DNA from: an uncultured Leptospirales bacterium
GTDB taxonomy: Bacteria; Spirochaetota; UBA4802; UBA5550
Direction of reading: 5' to 3'
DNA length: 37,711 bases
Assembly: GCA_964440335.1 (NCBI GenBank)
Contig: CAYTSF010000004.1
Coordinates: 1-37,711, forward strand
Below the pieces are notes generated by a model, which worked only from the letters and a program-made list of their open reading frames with translations, searched no databases and was not told the DNA's origin. Within the stretch, counting starts at the first letter, position 1. The number at the start of each line of letters is the position of its first letter. Below are positions 7,127-17,789 of the stretch, piece by piece. The position numbers were made by a program, and so were the translations under genes.

Positions 7127-8296
7127 TTGGAACAGAAAAAACTTAAAATACTTATCGTGAACTATGAATTTCCGCCACTTGGCGGCGGCGGCGGCGTTGC
7201 CACATACGACCTTGCCCTGGAATGGATAAAATACGGCCAGGTCGATGTGCTCACTTCTCATTTTAAGGATATTCCCTCTTACGAAAATATCAATGGCATA
7301 AATGTTTACAGGACGCGGATATTCTTCAGAAAATCGAGGGACGCTGCAACATTCATCTCCATGCTCTCATATATTGTGACCGGTTTCTGGAAAGGGATCG
7401 GGCTTATGCGCAGAAACAGGTACGACGTAATCAATACTCATTTCGCTGTACCTTCAGGCCCCCTGGGATACATCCTTTCTAAAATGTTCAGGGTACCTGA
7501 TGTCCTCTCGCTTCATGGAGGCGATATATATGATCCGAGCAAAAAGATGTCTCCCCACGACAGCTTTTTCTTCAGCAGGGTGGTCAGGTTTATCCTTAAC
7601 AGGGCTGACCGTATTGTTGCCCAGTCCACGAACACGCGGGACAATGCTATAAAATATTACCGGCCAAATAAAGAGGTGCAGGTTATACCGCTGGCTTTTC
7701 ATCCCCCTGTTATTGAGAAGAGAACAAGAGGGGCAATGAAACTGGAAAAGGATGTGTTCTACTGCATAACCGTCGGCAGGCTGATAAAAAGAAAATCCCT
7801 GGACACCCTGCTTTATGCTTTTTCGGGTATTAAGAATAAAAAAATAAAGCTCCTTATTGTGGGGGATGGTCCTGAAAGGGAATATCTTGAGGGTATTGTT
7901 GCAGAGAAAAAAATGGAAACAAGGGTTACATTTCTCGGTTACCTGGAGGAATCTGACAAGTACAGTTACCTGTCGCTTTCCGATCTCTTTGTTCTCACAT
8001 CCCTGCATGAGGGGTTTGGCATAGTATTCATGGAGGCCATGCACTGCGGCCTCCCCATTGTCACGACCAACCACGGGGGGCAGGTCGATTTTTTAAAGCA
8101 GGATGAAAATGCCATTCTCATTGACGTTGGAGACTCAAAGGCATGCAGCGGGGCAATAACCAGGTTTGAAAAAGATAAAAGTCTTTACAAAAAATGTTCA
8201 GTAAATAATAAAAAGAAAATAACTGATTTCTATGCCCATAAGGTTGCGTTCAGGTATATAGAGGTCTTTCAAGAAATGATGAAGCAGGTTAAATAG
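7127..8296 (+). CDS. Family-4 (GT-B, GT1-type) glycosyltransferase
   Basis: N-terminal KILIVNYEFPPLGGGGGV and C-terminal EX7E motif (HEGFGIVFMEAMHCGLPIV). TTG start. Confidence 0.85.
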   Translation: MEQKKLKILIVNYEFPPLGGGGGVATYDLALEWIKYGQVDVLTSHFKDIPSYENINGINVYRTRIFFRKSRDAATFISMLSYIVTGFWKGIGLMRRNRYDVINTHFAVPSGPLGYILSKMFRVPDVLSLHGGDIYDPSKKMSPHDSFFFSRVVRFILNRADRIVAQSTNTRDNAIKYYRPNKEVQVIPLAFHPPVIEKRTRGAMKLEKDVFYCITVGRLIKRKSLDTLLYAFSGIKNKKIKLLIVGDGPEREYLEGIVAEKKMETRVTFLGYLEESDKYSYLSLSDLFVLTSLHEGFGIVFMEAMHCGLPIVTTNHGGQVDFLKQDENAILIDVGDSKACSGAITRFEKDKSLYKKCSVNNKKKITDFYAHKVAFRYIEVFQEMMKQVK

Positions 8297-8297
8297 T

Positions 8298-8942
8298 TTG
8301 AATATAGGGCTGCTTACACGAAATCCGGAACTCTCAGAAGACCTGGTATCCAATATCCAGGATTATGAAGTAACTGTTTTCAGAAACATGGACTCCCTGG
8401 ACAAAAATGCGTGCAGGGTCTATCTTGTTGACTTTGACGAAATAGGCACATCTGACAGCGCGCAGTTCTATCTATCCAAACTCAGGAAAAAAATTCACGA
8501 TATACCTGTAATCCTGATTATGAGGGTCAACACGGTCAGTGAAATCGATATTAAATGGTTCTATAATGATTTTATACTCTATCCCTTCAGGAAGGGCGAG
8601 GTCCGTGCCAGGATTATACGGCTACTTGGAGAACAGCCTGAAGAATCTGACAACATTTCTGCCGGGAATCTCCACCTGAACCTCAAAGAATACTCCGTAT
8701 ACCTTAATAATGAAAAAATTGACCTCACATACAAAGAATTTGAGCTCATGAGGCTTTTTTTGCAGAACAGAGGCGTTGTGTTTTCAAGAAAGGATGTACT
8801 CAGCAGAATATGGGGAATGGAGTATATCGGAGGTACCAGAACCGTTGATGTTCACATAAGAAGGCTCAGAAGTAAAATCGGCGTTGAATTCAGTTCTATT
8901 ATTGAAACAGTCAGAAACGTCGGTTACAGATGCAAGGAATAG
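8298..8942 (+). CDS. OmpR/PhoB-family winged-helix DNA-binding regulator with a degenerate (pseudo-)receiver domain
   Basis: The C-terminus LTYKEFELMRLFLQNRGVVFSRKDVL..GGTRTVDVHIRRLRSKIG..ETVRNVGYRC is a typical Trans_reg_C domain. The N-terminal alpha/beta domain lacks the acidic pair (LLTRN), the T/S (LIMR) and the Lys (YPF instead of KPF). Only the LVDFD Asp is retained. TTG start 1 nt after the glycosyltransferase stop. Confidence 0.75.
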   Translation: MNIGLLTRNPELSEDLVSNIQDYEVTVFRNMDSLDKNACRVYLVDFDEIGTSDSAQFYLSKLRKKIHDIPVILIMRVNTVSEIDIKWFYNDFILYPFRKGEVRARIIRLLGEQPEESDNISAGNLHLNLKEYSVYLNNEKIDLTYKEFELMRLFLQNRGVVFSRKDVLSRIWGMEYIGGTRTVDVHIRRLRSKIGVEFSSIIETVRNVGYRCKE

Positions 8943-8983
8943 CTTTCATCCAGGATTACAACCACGTTAAGAACTTATTCTGT

Positions 8984-9011
8984 TTGACAAAATGCCCGCT
9001 TGCGATATTAT
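8984..9011 (+). promoter_or_regulatory. Sigma-70-type promoter candidate for the ABC importer operon
   Basis: TTGACA (8984-8989), 16-nt spacer, TATTAT (9006-9011). GGAGAGG lies at 9022-9028, ahead of the ATG at 9041. Confidence 0.5.
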
Positions 9012-9040
9012 GTCGCATATTGGAGAGGTGTTTTTAATTC

Positions 9041-10054
9041 ATGAAGGTTTATCTGATCAGAAGGTTTCTGCTGGTTATCCCGACATTTATCGGCATTACG
9101 CTCATGGTCTTTGTTATTACCAGGTTTGTTCCCGGCGGCCCAATTGAGCGTATGATTGCCGAGTCGCAGCAGGCAATGGCAGCAAAGGGTATGCACCGCA
9201 TGAACGAGATGCCTCTCTCGTCAGAACAGGTTGAACAGTTAAAAAAGTACTACGAATTCGATAAACCCGTACTTGTCAGCTACGTCCTCTGGCTGAAAAA
9301 AGTCATGGTATTTGACCTGGGTAAATCCACAAGGTACCATGATCCCGTATGGGGCATGATAAAGCAGAGGCTCCCCGTGTCGCTTTTTTACGGAATAATG
9401 GCCATGATAATAACCTATTCAGTGTGCATCCCCCTTGGCATACTCAAGGCGATAAAACACAGGGCTTCAATAGATAACTTCACATCTGTCATAGTATTTC
9501 TCGGCTACGCCATACCCAACTATGTTGTGGCAATAATACTTGTCATGGTCTTTTCATCGTGGCTGAATATTTTTCCTCTCGGCGGGTTTACCGGTGACAA
9601 CTTTGAAACGCTTGGATTCATGGGCCGCATCCTGGACATACTTTATCACGCGGTGCTTCCCCTCATTGCTTATATGGCCGGGAGCTTCGCTGTAATGACA
9701 TTCATGATGAAGAACGCGCTGCTTGACAATATGGCTGCCGACTTCATAAGGACAGCCATTGCAAAGGGGCAGAACTACCGGGGCGCCGTTCTGCACCATG
9801 CCCTGAGAAACAGCCTTATACCCATCGCCACACATTTCGGCAACAACATATCGCTGATACTTACAGGTTCATACCTGATCGAAAAAGTATTCAACATTGA
9901 CGGAATAGGACTCCTGGGGCTCGGCTCTGTTATTGAAAGGGACTATCCTGTAGTCATGGGCATTCTGGTCATATCATCGCTGCTTTTTTTAATCGGAAAC
10001 ATACTCTCCGATATATGCGTTGCATTAACAGATCCGCGGGTAAAATACGAGTAG
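9041..10054 (+). CDS. Peptide/opine-family ABC transporter permease (YejB/OppB-like)
   Basis: The N-terminus MKVYLIRRFLLVIPTFIGITLMVFVITRFVPGGPIE is typical of the OppB/DppB/YejB family. Multi-TM, with an EAA-loop region. Confidence 0.85.
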   Translation: MKVYLIRRFLLVIPTFIGITLMVFVITRFVPGGPIERMIAESQQAMAAKGMHRMNEMPLSSEQVEQLKKYYEFDKPVLVSYVLWLKKVMVFDLGKSTRYHDPVWGMIKQRLPVSLFYGIMAMIITYSVCIPLGILKAIKHRASIDNFTSVIVFLGYAIPNYVVAIILVMVFSSWLNIFPLGGFTGDNFETLGFMGRILDILYHAVLPLIAYMAGSFAVMTFMMKNALLDNMAADFIRTAIAKGQNYRGAVLHHALRNSLIPIATHFGNNISLILTGSYLIEKVFNIDGIGLLGLGSVIERDYPVVMGILVISSLLFLIGNILSDICVALTDPRVKYE

Positions 10055-10058
10055 GGCA

Positions 10059-11108
10059 ATGTTCAGGCTGAATCCGCTAACAATAGAAAACATTAAAAGG
10101 TTTAAATCAATCAGGCGTGGTTACTATTCCCTGATTATAATGCTGGCCCTCATTTTTTTTTCGCTGCTGTCAGAAGTGCTGGTGAACAGCAGGGCCCTTA
10201 TGGTTAAGTATGAGGGTGAATATTTTTTTCCTGTATACCGTTCGATGATCCCCGGCAGCAGGTTCGGGCTGGAATACGATTATGAAACAAATTACCGTGA
10301 CCTGAAAAAAAAATTTTCAGGCAGCTCCCGTGGCAACTACGTTATACTTCCACCGGTTCCATATAATCCATTTGAAACAGATTATATTGAGGGGAGCTAC
10401 CCGCCTTATCCGCCATCAAAACAAAACATGCATTACCTCGGTACTGACAAGACCGGAAGGGACATTGCAGCCAGGCTTCTCTACGGCTTCAGGATAGCAA
10501 TATTCTTTTCTCTAATACTGCTTGTTTTCGACTATGTGATCGGCGTGACTCTGGGCGCGCTCATGGGATACGTGGGAGGAAGGTTTGACCTCTTCTTCCA
10601 GAGGATCATCGAGGTCTGGAACAACATACCCTACCTTTACGCGATCATAATCATATCATCAGTAATGATCCCAAGCTTCATGTCGCTGCTCTGCATAATG
10701 ATTTTTTTCGGATGGATCGGAATGACATGGTACATGCGCACAGCCGTATACAGGGAACGCGAACGCGAGTATGTCCTTGCCGCAAGGGCGATGGGGGCTT
10801 CAACAACCCGTATCATTATACGGCACATCATACCGAATACCGTGTCTGTTATCGTGACATTTATACCTTTTTCAGTTGCAGGTGGAATCACCGCGCTGAC
10901 TGCTCTTGACTACCTGGGGTTCGGGCTTGCCCCTCCTACACCGAGCTGGGGAGAACTTTTATCCGAGGCGTCTGAATACAACATAAAGGCTCCCTGGATC
11001 GGCATATCTGTAATTTCTGCCCTGGTCGCGGTTCTGACCATGGTGACATTTATAGGAGAAGCTGTTCGCGAAGCCTATGATCCAAAAAAATTTACTACCT
11101 ACGAATAA
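10059..11108 (+). CDS. Peptide-family ABC transporter permease (YejE/OppC-like)
   Basis: RRGYYSLIIMLALIFFSLLSEVLVN..ALMVKYEGEYFFP, ..HYLGTDKTGRDIAARLLYGFRIA.. and C-terminal IGEAVREAYDPKK track E. coli YejE closely. Confidence 0.85.
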   Translation: MFRLNPLTIENIKRFKSIRRGYYSLIIMLALIFFSLLSEVLVNSRALMVKYEGEYFFPVYRSMIPGSRFGLEYDYETNYRDLKKKFSGSSRGNYVILPPVPYNPFETDYIEGSYPPYPPSKQNMHYLGTDKTGRDIAARLLYGFRIAIFFSLILLVFDYVIGVTLGALMGYVGGRFDLFFQRIIEVWNNIPYLYAIIIISSVMIPSFMSLLCIMIFFGWIGMTWYMRTAVYREREREYVLAARAMGASTTRIIIRHIIPNTVSVIVTFIPFSVAGGITALTALDYLGFGLAPPTPSWGELLSEASEYNIKAPWIGISVISALVAVLTMVTFIGEAVREAYDPKKFTTYE

Positions 11109-11119
11109 CGGGGGTTCTG

Positions 11120-12982
11120 ATGTTTTATCCGGTTAACAGAAGTCTTAAATTCTCTGCCATGTGTTTTGCGGCTGCACTGGTTTTCTGCTGCCTGTCATGT
11201 TCGGGCGGCGGCGACGCAGACGCGGATAACGGCAGCGACGAAAACATAGTCCTTGACTATACAGCTCATAAACTTGAAGAAAAACTTGTATGGAAAACGA
11301 ACAATACTGAAAGGCTCATTGCCTCTCCCGATGCAAAAAAAGGGGGGACTTTTCTGCATTTCATCCTTTCATTCCCGCTGACCTTCAGGACCGTGGGGCC
11401 TGATTCCAACTCCAGCACAAGGTCCTACTTTCTCGACAACCAGCTTTCGCTTATTAACATAAACGGAGACACCGAAAACATAATCCCCGAGCTTGCGACG
11501 CACTGGGCCTACGGCAGGGACGGACGAACAATGTATTTTAAGATTAACCCTGACGCGCGCTGGTCTGACGGTGCCCCTGTCACTGCCGATGATTTTATTT
11601 TCGTTCTTGAATTCATGCGCTCTAAACATATACGCGCTCCATGGTATAACGACTACTACACGCAGGAGATTGAAAAGGTCACCAAGTACGATGACCATAC
11701 CATATCGATTACTGCTGTGCGCAAGTCACCGGACCTCTGGCTGGTAGTGAACATGCAGCCCATCCCTAAACATTATTACTTGAAGCTTAAAAACGACTTC
11801 GTGGAAAAATACAACTGGGCGATTGAACCCAATACCGGGCCGTACATACTGAAAGAGTTCGAAAAGGGCAAGTACCTGCTTTTTGAACGCAAGAAGGACT
11901 GGTGGGCAAAGGATCTGCGCTATTTTAAAAACAGGTTCAACGTCGATTACTTCAAGCTGATTGTTATACGCGACGAGAACATGGCATTTGAATATTTCAG
12001 AAAGGGTGAACTTGACACCTTTGCCGCCACAAGGGCTGATATCTGGTATGACAAGGGCAGCGGAGAAATTTTCGACAAGGGGTATGTAAACAAGCTCTGG
12101 TTTTATAACGATACCAGGAGAAACACCGTGGGGCTTTTCCTTAACCTTGACCGGGAGCTTTTCAAGGATAAAAACCTCAGGTACGCCTTTGCCCATTCCA
12201 TAAACTGGAACAAGGTAAACCAGCTCCTTCTTCATGGTGAGGCAACGCAGCTAAAATCTTTCTTTACGGGTTACGGTGCGTATTCAAACAATAAGATTAA
12301 GATAAGGGAATTCGACATTTCTAAGGTTGAATCATATATGAAGGCTTCGGGATGGGCCAGGGGCGCTGACGGGATCTGGGCAAAAAACGGCGTGCGTTTC
12401 TCCGTGACCATAAGTTACGGCCGCGAGGCATACACGCCCAGGCTTGTTATAATGAAAGAGGAGGCCAAGAAGGCCGGGGTTGAGCTTAACCTTGAACAGC
12501 TCGACATGAGCACATCTTACAAAAAGGTCATGGAGAAAAAACATGATGTGGCATACATGGGATGGTCTACAGGGTTCAGGCCCCAGCCATGGGAACACTT
12601 CCATTCCGTAAATGCCCACAAGACACAGACAAATAATATCAACAACCTTGATGACCCGGAGATGGACAGGCTCATAGACACCTTCAGGGAATCAACAAAC
12701 GAAAAGGAGCTTATCGCCCTTTCACTTAAAATCCAGCAGCTTATATACGATTCGGGCTGCTGGGTGGGACTTGAAACGCTCCCCTTTGTGCGGTTCTTCT
12801 ACTGGAGATGGATAAAATACCCGGAGGTTCCGGGATACAAAAATACGTCAGAGATTTTTGACGACCCGCAGGCAGGGGGCTATTTCTGGATTGATGAAAG
12901 CGCAAAGGCTGAAACCCTGGAAGCCGTGAAATCAGGAAAGACATGGAAGCCTGAAGTCCATGTGATCACGAAATATAAATAA
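11120..12982 (+). CDS. Family-5 extracellular solute-binding lipoprotein (YejA/OppA-like)
   Basis: Signal peptide with lipobox (CCLSCSGG). The 620-aa size and gene context fit a cluster-C peptide-binding protein. Confidence 0.8.
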   Translation: MFYPVNRSLKFSAMCFAAALVFCCLSCSGGGDADADNGSDENIVLDYTAHKLEEKLVWKTNNTERLIASPDAKKGGTFLHFILSFPLTFRTVGPDSNSSTRSYFLDNQLSLININGDTENIIPELATHWAYGRDGRTMYFKINPDARWSDGAPVTADDFIFVLEFMRSKHIRAPWYNDYYTQEIEKVTKYDDHTISITAVRKSPDLWLVVNMQPIPKHYYLKLKNDFVEKYNWAIEPNTGPYILKEFEKGKYLLFERKKDWWAKDLRYFKNRFNVDYFKLIVIRDENMAFEYFRKGELDTFAATRADIWYDKGSGEIFDKGYVNKLWFYNDTRRNTVGLFLNLDRELFKDKNLRYAFAHSINWNKVNQLLLHGEATQLKSFFTGYGAYSNNKIKIREFDISKVESYMKASGWARGADGIWAKNGVRFSVTISYGREAYTPRLVIMKEEAKKAGVELNLEQLDMSTSYKKVMEKKHDVAYMGWSTGFRPQPWEHFHSVNAHKTQTNNINNLDDPEMDRLIDTFRESTNEKELIALSLKIQQLIYDSGCWVGLETLPFVRFFYWRWIKYPEVPGYKNTSEIFDDPQAGGYFWIDESAKAETLEAVKSGKTWKPEVHVITKYK

Positions 12983-12994
12983 CCGGCTGGTCTG

Positions 12995-13990
12995 ATGTCA
13001 GTGAACGCCAACATAATATTGCGCGTAAAAAATTTCTCTGCGGGATTTATGACAGAGAGAGGCCTGCTGCGCGCTGTGGAGGATGTGAGCTTTGACCTGG
13101 AAAAGGGAAAAGTCCTCGGGATCGTCGGTGAATCCGGCTGCGGCAAGAGCGTTACTGCCATGTCGGTCATGCGTCTTCTGCCCGTGCCTTCGGGAAGGTA
13201 CCTTGAAGGGAGCATAGAATATAACGGCCTGGACCTGCTCAAAACCGGTAGCGATGAAATCCGGAAAATCCGGGGCAACAGGATATCCATGATATTCCAG
13301 GAGCCCATGACAGCCCTCAACCCTGTAAAAACAATCGGCAGGCAGATATCAGAGGTCTTCGAAATACACAGGCCCGGCATGACAAGACGCGAAATTTCCG
13401 AAGAGGTAAAAAACCTTCTTGTTAAAGTGGGCATTGCCGAACCAGAGCGGCAGTTCGGGCAATATCCCCATCAGCTATCAGGCGGTATGCGGCAGCGCAT
13501 AATGATCGCCATGGCCCTGGCATGCAAGCCCGATATCCTCATCGCCGATGAACCCACGACCGCCCTTGACGTTACGATCCAGGCGCAGATACTTGAACTT
13601 ATCAAATCGCTCCAGCAGGAAACAGGGATGTCGGTCATATTCATAACACATGATCTTGGTGTCATAGCCTCTCTCTGCGATGATGTAATTGTAATGTACG
13701 CCGGAAGGATCGCGGAGAAGTCGCCCGTATCAACGATCTTCTCCGAGCCCCTGCATCCATACAGCAGGGGGCTCATAAGTTCAGTGCCGGGATTTGACCT
13801 TCCGCGCAAGTCACGGCTGGTTTCTATTGAAGGGATGGTACCGGGAATTTCAGAATACCCTGAAGGCTGCCGGTTCTCGAACAGGTGCTCAAAAGTGTTT
13901 GAACCATGCACGGTTCATAAGCCCCTGCCGGTAAAGGTAACAGAGAGCCACAGCGTAAGCTGTCACCTGCACGGAGAGAGCCATGAATGA
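12995..13990 (+). CDS. ABC transporter ATP-binding protein (OppD/DppD-like)
   Basis: Walker A GESGCGKS, signature LSGGMRQR, Walker [13 protein letters not shown], and a C-terminal oligopeptide-type Cys-rich extension. Confidence 0.9.
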   Translation: MSVNANIILRVKNFSAGFMTERGLLRAVEDVSFDLEKGKVLGIVGESGCGKSVTAMSVMRLLPVPSGRYLEGSIEYNGLDLLKTGSDEIRKIRGNRISMIFQEPMTALNPVKTIGRQISEVFEIHRPGMTRREISEEVKNLLVKVGIAEPERQFGQYPHQLSGGMRQRIMIAMALACKPDILIADEPTTALDVTIQAQILELIKSLQQETGMSVIFITHDLGVIASLCDDVIVMYAGRIAEKSPVSTIFSEPLHPYSRGLISSVPGFDLPRKSRLVSIEGMVPGISEYPEGCRFSNRCSKVFEPCTVHKPLPVKVTESHSVSCHLHGESHE

Positions 13991-14972
13991 ACATATACTT
14001 GAAGTGAATTCCCTTAAAATGCACTTTCCTGTTAAAAGCGGGGTGCTGCGCCATGTGACGGGCAGGGTCCATGCTGTGGACGACGTGTCGTTCATGGTCA
14101 GAAACGGTGAGACCCTTGGCATAGTGGGAGAATCGGGCTGCGGCAAAACAACACTGGGCAGGGCGCTGCTTAATCTGTACAGGCCCACTGCCGGTTCAGT
14201 GATCTTTAAAGGGGATGAGATCAGTTCCATGAAGCAGAAGGAAATTCTCCCCCTGCGGAAGAATTTCCAGATGATTTTCCAGGACCCCTACGATTCGCTG
14301 AATTCGCGCCACACCGTGAGATTTATACTGGAAGAACCCTTTATCATTCACAGGATGGGCACCAGGGCAGTCAGGGAGAAGGAGGTGCTTTCGCTTCTCG
14401 ATATGGTGGGGCTTCCTAAAAGCGCACTGGACAGGTTCCCCCATGAATTCTCCGGCGGGCAGAGACAGAGGATTGGCATAGCCCGTTCAATTGCCCTTAA
14501 ACCCCACCTGGTCATATGCGACGAACCGGTATCCGCCCTGGATGTTTCAATTCAGTCCCAGATACTCAACCTGCTCATGGACCTGCAGAATGAACTGGGC
14601 CTGACCTACATATTTATCTCACATGACCTTACTGTCGTTCATCACATATCAGACAGGGTTGCCGTAATGTACCTGGGGCGCATTGTTGAACTGGCTGACG
14701 CTGATTCCCTGTACAGCAGGCCGCTCCATCCCTATACAAAGGCGCTTATTTCGGCAATACCATCAGCTTCTCCAGGTAAAGGTAAAGAACGCATAATCCT
14801 GAAGGGAAATGTCCCCTCTCCGGTGAACAGGCCGGCTGGCTGTTTTTTCAGCACCCGGTGCCCCCAGGCGCAGCAGATTTGCAGAGAAATCTACCCGGAT
14901 ACAGTAAATTATAATAAAGATGGCGGGACTCATTTAGCGGCCTGCCATTTTGCCGGGGAGGATAAATGCTGA
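13983..14972 (+). CDS. ABC transporter ATP-binding protein (OppF/DppF-like)
   Basis: Walker A GESGCGKT, signature FSGGQRQR, Walker [13 protein letters not shown]. Overlaps the preceding gene by 8 nt. Confidence 0.9.
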   Translation: MNEHILEVNSLKMHFPVKSGVLRHVTGRVHAVDDVSFMVRNGETLGIVGESGCGKTTLGRALLNLYRPTAGSVIFKGDEISSMKQKEILPLRKNFQMIFQDPYDSLNSRHTVRFILEEPFIIHRMGTRAVREKEVLSLLDMVGLPKSALDRFPHEFSGGQRQRIGIARSIALKPHLVICDEPVSALDVSIQSQILNLLMDLQNELGLTYIFISHDLTVVHHISDRVAVMYLGRIVELADADSLYSRPLHPYTKALISAIPSASPGKGKERIILKGNVPSPVNRPAGCFFSTRCPQAQQICREIYPDTVNYNKDGGTHLAACHFAGEDKC

Positions 14973-15865
14973 AACGCCTTATAATAATTCTTTTTGCTCC
15001 GCTCACCTTGTTCACTTCATGCATCCTGATCCAGAGCGGCATTGACCAGATTACAGACCTGGTTCCGCGGGATTCTGATGTGCCGGGATGGAACAGGACA
15101 GGGGAGGTCATGACCTTCCAGGATGACAATGTAGAGGGATATAAAAATGAATATTCAGGTCTGGGCATAGAAAAAATTGCCGTATGCAGGTATGCAAATT
15201 TTGCAGATCCCCGTCAGATAATTACTGTTGAAGTAATAAGGTTCAACAGCATACTCAATTCATTCAGTTTTTTTTCAGGAATAAAAGGTTTCGGCGACGA
15301 CACAAAATGTTCCGAAGAGGAATTCAGCTCCGAAGGTACCATGGTGTTCAGGCAGGGTGAATATATTATCTATGTTTATACAGCCAATCCGGACCTGAAC
15401 AGCAAAAAAGAGATGAAAATTTTTACCGATGTTGTTAACGCCTACATCGGTAAAAATTTTATTCAGGACAAACTTCCCCCGGTAAGCAGCATACTGAAAC
15501 GTTCAGGCGCGCCCTGTGTCCTCTACAGCAGGAAAAGCCTGGCCCATCTCAGGGGCATAAACAGGATCTACTATGCGGGCATAACAGAGGGTGAAAAAAA
15601 ATATTTCGTTTTTCTCAGCGACAGGGAATCGGGCTATAACAGCATGAACATCTTTCAGAAAATGATCTCAAAAAAATATATCATCATAAAAGCCGACAAC
15701 ACACAGAGCGCATTTATAAAAGATGAAAACAGCAAGTATACATTTATATCCGTGTACGACAGGTGGATATACGGCTGCTGGGGGATAAGCGAAATAAACG
15801 ACGGAAAAAATGTGCTGGTTAATATCAGGAATGTCATTGAGAGCTATTCAAAAACATCGCAATAA
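14966..15865 (+). CDS. Lipoprotein of unknown function, translationally coupled to the ABC operon
   Basis: Signal peptide plus lipobox (LTLFTSC). The ATG overlaps the stop of the ATPase gene (ATGCTGA). No recognisable catalytic motif. Confidence 0.55.
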   Translation: MLKRLIIILFAPLTLFTSCILIQSGIDQITDLVPRDSDVPGWNRTGEVMTFQDDNVEGYKNEYSGLGIEKIAVCRYANFADPRQIITVEVIRFNSILNSFSFFSGIKGFGDDTKCSEEEFSSEGTMVFRQGEYIIYVYTANPDLNSKKEMKIFTDVVNAYIGKNFIQDKLPPVSSILKRSGAPCVLYSRKSLAHLRGINRIYYAGITEGEKKYFVFLSDRESGYNSMNIFQKMISKKYIIIKADNTQSAFIKDENSKYTFISVYDRWIYGCWGISEINDGKNVLVNIRNVIESYSKTSQ

Positions 15866-15888
15866 CCGGGTGCTCTGAGGTTCACAGG

Positions 15889-16557
15889 ATGCAGGGTATC
15901 AGTTATTACATTATAGGCGATATTCATGGCCACTTTTCAAAGCTCAAAAACCTGTTCGACCAGCTTGCGGATTACATAAACCCTGATGATGTGTTGATCT
16001 TTCTGGGAGACTATATTGACCGCGGCCCGGAATCATTTGAAGTTATAGAATTCCTTATACGTCTTTCAAAGCTGTACAAGTCAGTTTTTTTAACCGGTAA
16101 TCATGAGGATATGTTCATCCGGTATATGAACAGGAAAGACTTCGCCAATAATTTTTTCAGGAACGGCGGGGAATTCACGATAAAGAGCTATATGCGCAAT
16201 ATGAATGGCATGATCCTGCCGCAGTCCCATATAGATTTCTTCAACAGACTTAAACTGTATTACGAGGCTGATGATTTTATCGCGGTGCATGCCGGACTGA
16301 ATCCAGAGGTTGAGGATATGGCACGGCAGAGCAGGGATGACCTGATCTGGATCAGAAGCGAATTTTACATGTCAGGGAAAAGGTGGCCCAAGACCGTTAT
16401 TTTCGGCCATACGCCGACACCTTACATGCATAAAAGTGATTCGGTTTTCATAGACAGGGATGCAAACATAATCGGTATCGATACCTGTGCCATGCTGTCC
16501 GACCATCCCCTGAGCTGCATCAGGTGGCCAGACAGGAAGCTTTTCAGGGCATATTAA
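15889..16557 (+). CDS. PPP-family metallophosphoesterase (Ser/Thr phosphatase or ApaH/PrpE-like)
   Basis: GDIHG ... GDYIDRG ... GNHE motifs in canonical order. Confidence 0.85.
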   Translation: MQGISYYIIGDIHGHFSKLKNLFDQLADYINPDDVLIFLGDYIDRGPESFEVIEFLIRLSKLYKSVFLTGNHEDMFIRYMNRKDFANNFFRNGGEFTIKSYMRNMNGMILPQSHIDFFNRLKLYYEADDFIAVHAGLNPEVEDMARQSRDDLIWIRSEFYMSGKRWPKTVIFGHTPTPYMHKSDSVFIDRDANIIGIDTCAMLSDHPLSCIRWPDRKLFRAY

Positions 16558-16574
16558 ACAATTTGAGGGGAGCT

Positions 16575-17771
16575 ATGTCAGGGCTGAAAAAAATATTTCC
16601 GCTTTTAATTTCGGCGCTTATATGCATCTCTGTTTATTCAGAGGAGCGCATCATAATGGGTACCATTGATTCGGTCAGGAATGACGGTTACGTTACCATT
16701 ACATGCGATAACCCGCTGACAGAAGCGGAGTACCGGGTGCTTAACGGCGATGAGGTGCTCATCGGCTGGATTTATGCACCCGAAAAGCTGCAGGGGTCAA
16801 AATCCGGACTCCGCTATATTGCCAGGTTCCGCAAAGATGAAAAGGTTTCCGGTTCACTTTTACGCGGCGGCGTAAGGATTATACTCCGCCCGGCAGAGAA
16901 AGAAATTGACAGGAATTTTATTGCAAATAAATATAATGAAAAGAACGTGTACCGTGAACGCATAATTACGCCGGTCGATGGCCGGGAAATGGCCCTGGTG
17001 CCCGAAGGCAGATTTTTCATGGGATCTGACCACGGCGACAGGGATGAATCTCCTGAACACGAGGAGTATCTCCCTGATTTTTACATTGATGTTTATGAAG
17101 TTTCGAACAGCGACTACAAGGCATATGCCGATTCAGAAGGACTGAAATACCCGGATTACTGGAAAGAGGCATACGACAGGTCAGGCGCTTTCACTGATAC
17201 CTGGTTCAGCCGTCTCCCGGTTATAGTTACTTACCACGAAGCAAAAAAATATGCAGCATGGGCAGGTAAAAGGCTCCCGGATGAAAAGGAATGGGAAAAG
17301 GCCGCAAGGTATCCTTCATCCCTGGACAAGGCCGGGCAGTTTACGGTATATACATGGGGCTATGAGTTCAGGGAGGGCATTTCGAATACAGAGGAATTCT
17401 GGGCAGACGAAAAGACTGGCGAGAACCTGAAGGTGACTATAAAACAGAGGTACGGTATCTCCATTCTTCAGAAAGGATACCTGCCCGTTGACATTTATGA
17501 ACCGGTCGCGGTTTCATTTTACGGCTGTGTGAACCTTGATGGTAATGCCCAGGAATGGACAGAAAGCTGGTACGCAAACTATGAAGGGAATTCAGTAAAA
17601 GATAAAAAATACGGGAAGCAGTTTAAAGTAATCAGGGGCGGTGCCTATTTTACCACAGGCAGAGAGGCAAGGGTAACGGACCGCAAGATAGGTGGCGTGC
17701 CCGACCTCTACACCGACAGGATCGCAGGGTTCAGGTGTGTCAGGAATGCCACTGACAGGGATAAAAAATAA
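16575..17771 (+). CDS. Secreted or anchored protein with a C-terminal formylglycine-generating-enzyme (SUMF1/FGE-sulfatase) fold domain
   Basis: The start is moved to the ATG at 16575, which has GAGGGGA 5 nt upstream and yields a signal-like MSGLKKIFPLLISALICISVYS. FGE-type motifs: MALVPEGRFFMGSD, VTYHEAKKYAAWAGKRLPDEKEWEKAAR, NAQEWTESW, VIRGGAY, GFRCV. Confidence 0.75.
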   Translation: MSGLKKIFPLLISALICISVYSEERIIMGTIDSVRNDGYVTITCDNPLTEAEYRVLNGDEVLIGWIYAPEKLQGSKSGLRYIARFRKDEKVSGSLLRGGVRIILRPAEKEIDRNFIANKYNEKNVYRERIITPVDGREMALVPEGRFFMGSDHGDRDESPEHEEYLPDFYIDVYEVSNSDYKAYADSEGLKYPDYWKEAYDRSGAFTDTWFSRLPVIVTYHEAKKYAAWAGKRLPDEKEWEKAARYPSSLDKAGQFTVYTWGYEFREGISNTEEFWADEKTGENLKVTIKQRYGISILQKGYLPVDIYEPVAVSFYGCVNLDGNAQEWTESWYANYEGNSVKDKKYGKQFKVIRGGAYFTTGREARVTDRKIGGVPDLYTDRIAGFRCVRNATDRDKK

Positions 17772-17789
17772 CAGAGTGCAGGGGATTTT

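Noticed and set aside
7181-7195. (GGC)5 trinucleotide repeat, considered as a possible phase-variation tract.
   Set aside because: It encodes the conserved glycine-rich loop (PPLGGGGGV) of the GT4 enzyme. Slippage would stay in frame, and 5 units is short for a contingency locus.
16524-16574. Upstream start for the FGE-like gene, overlapping the phosphatase gene.
   Set aside because: The ATG at 16575 has a strong GAGGGGA RBS and yields a proper signal peptide. The extension adds no hydrophobic or conserved sequence.
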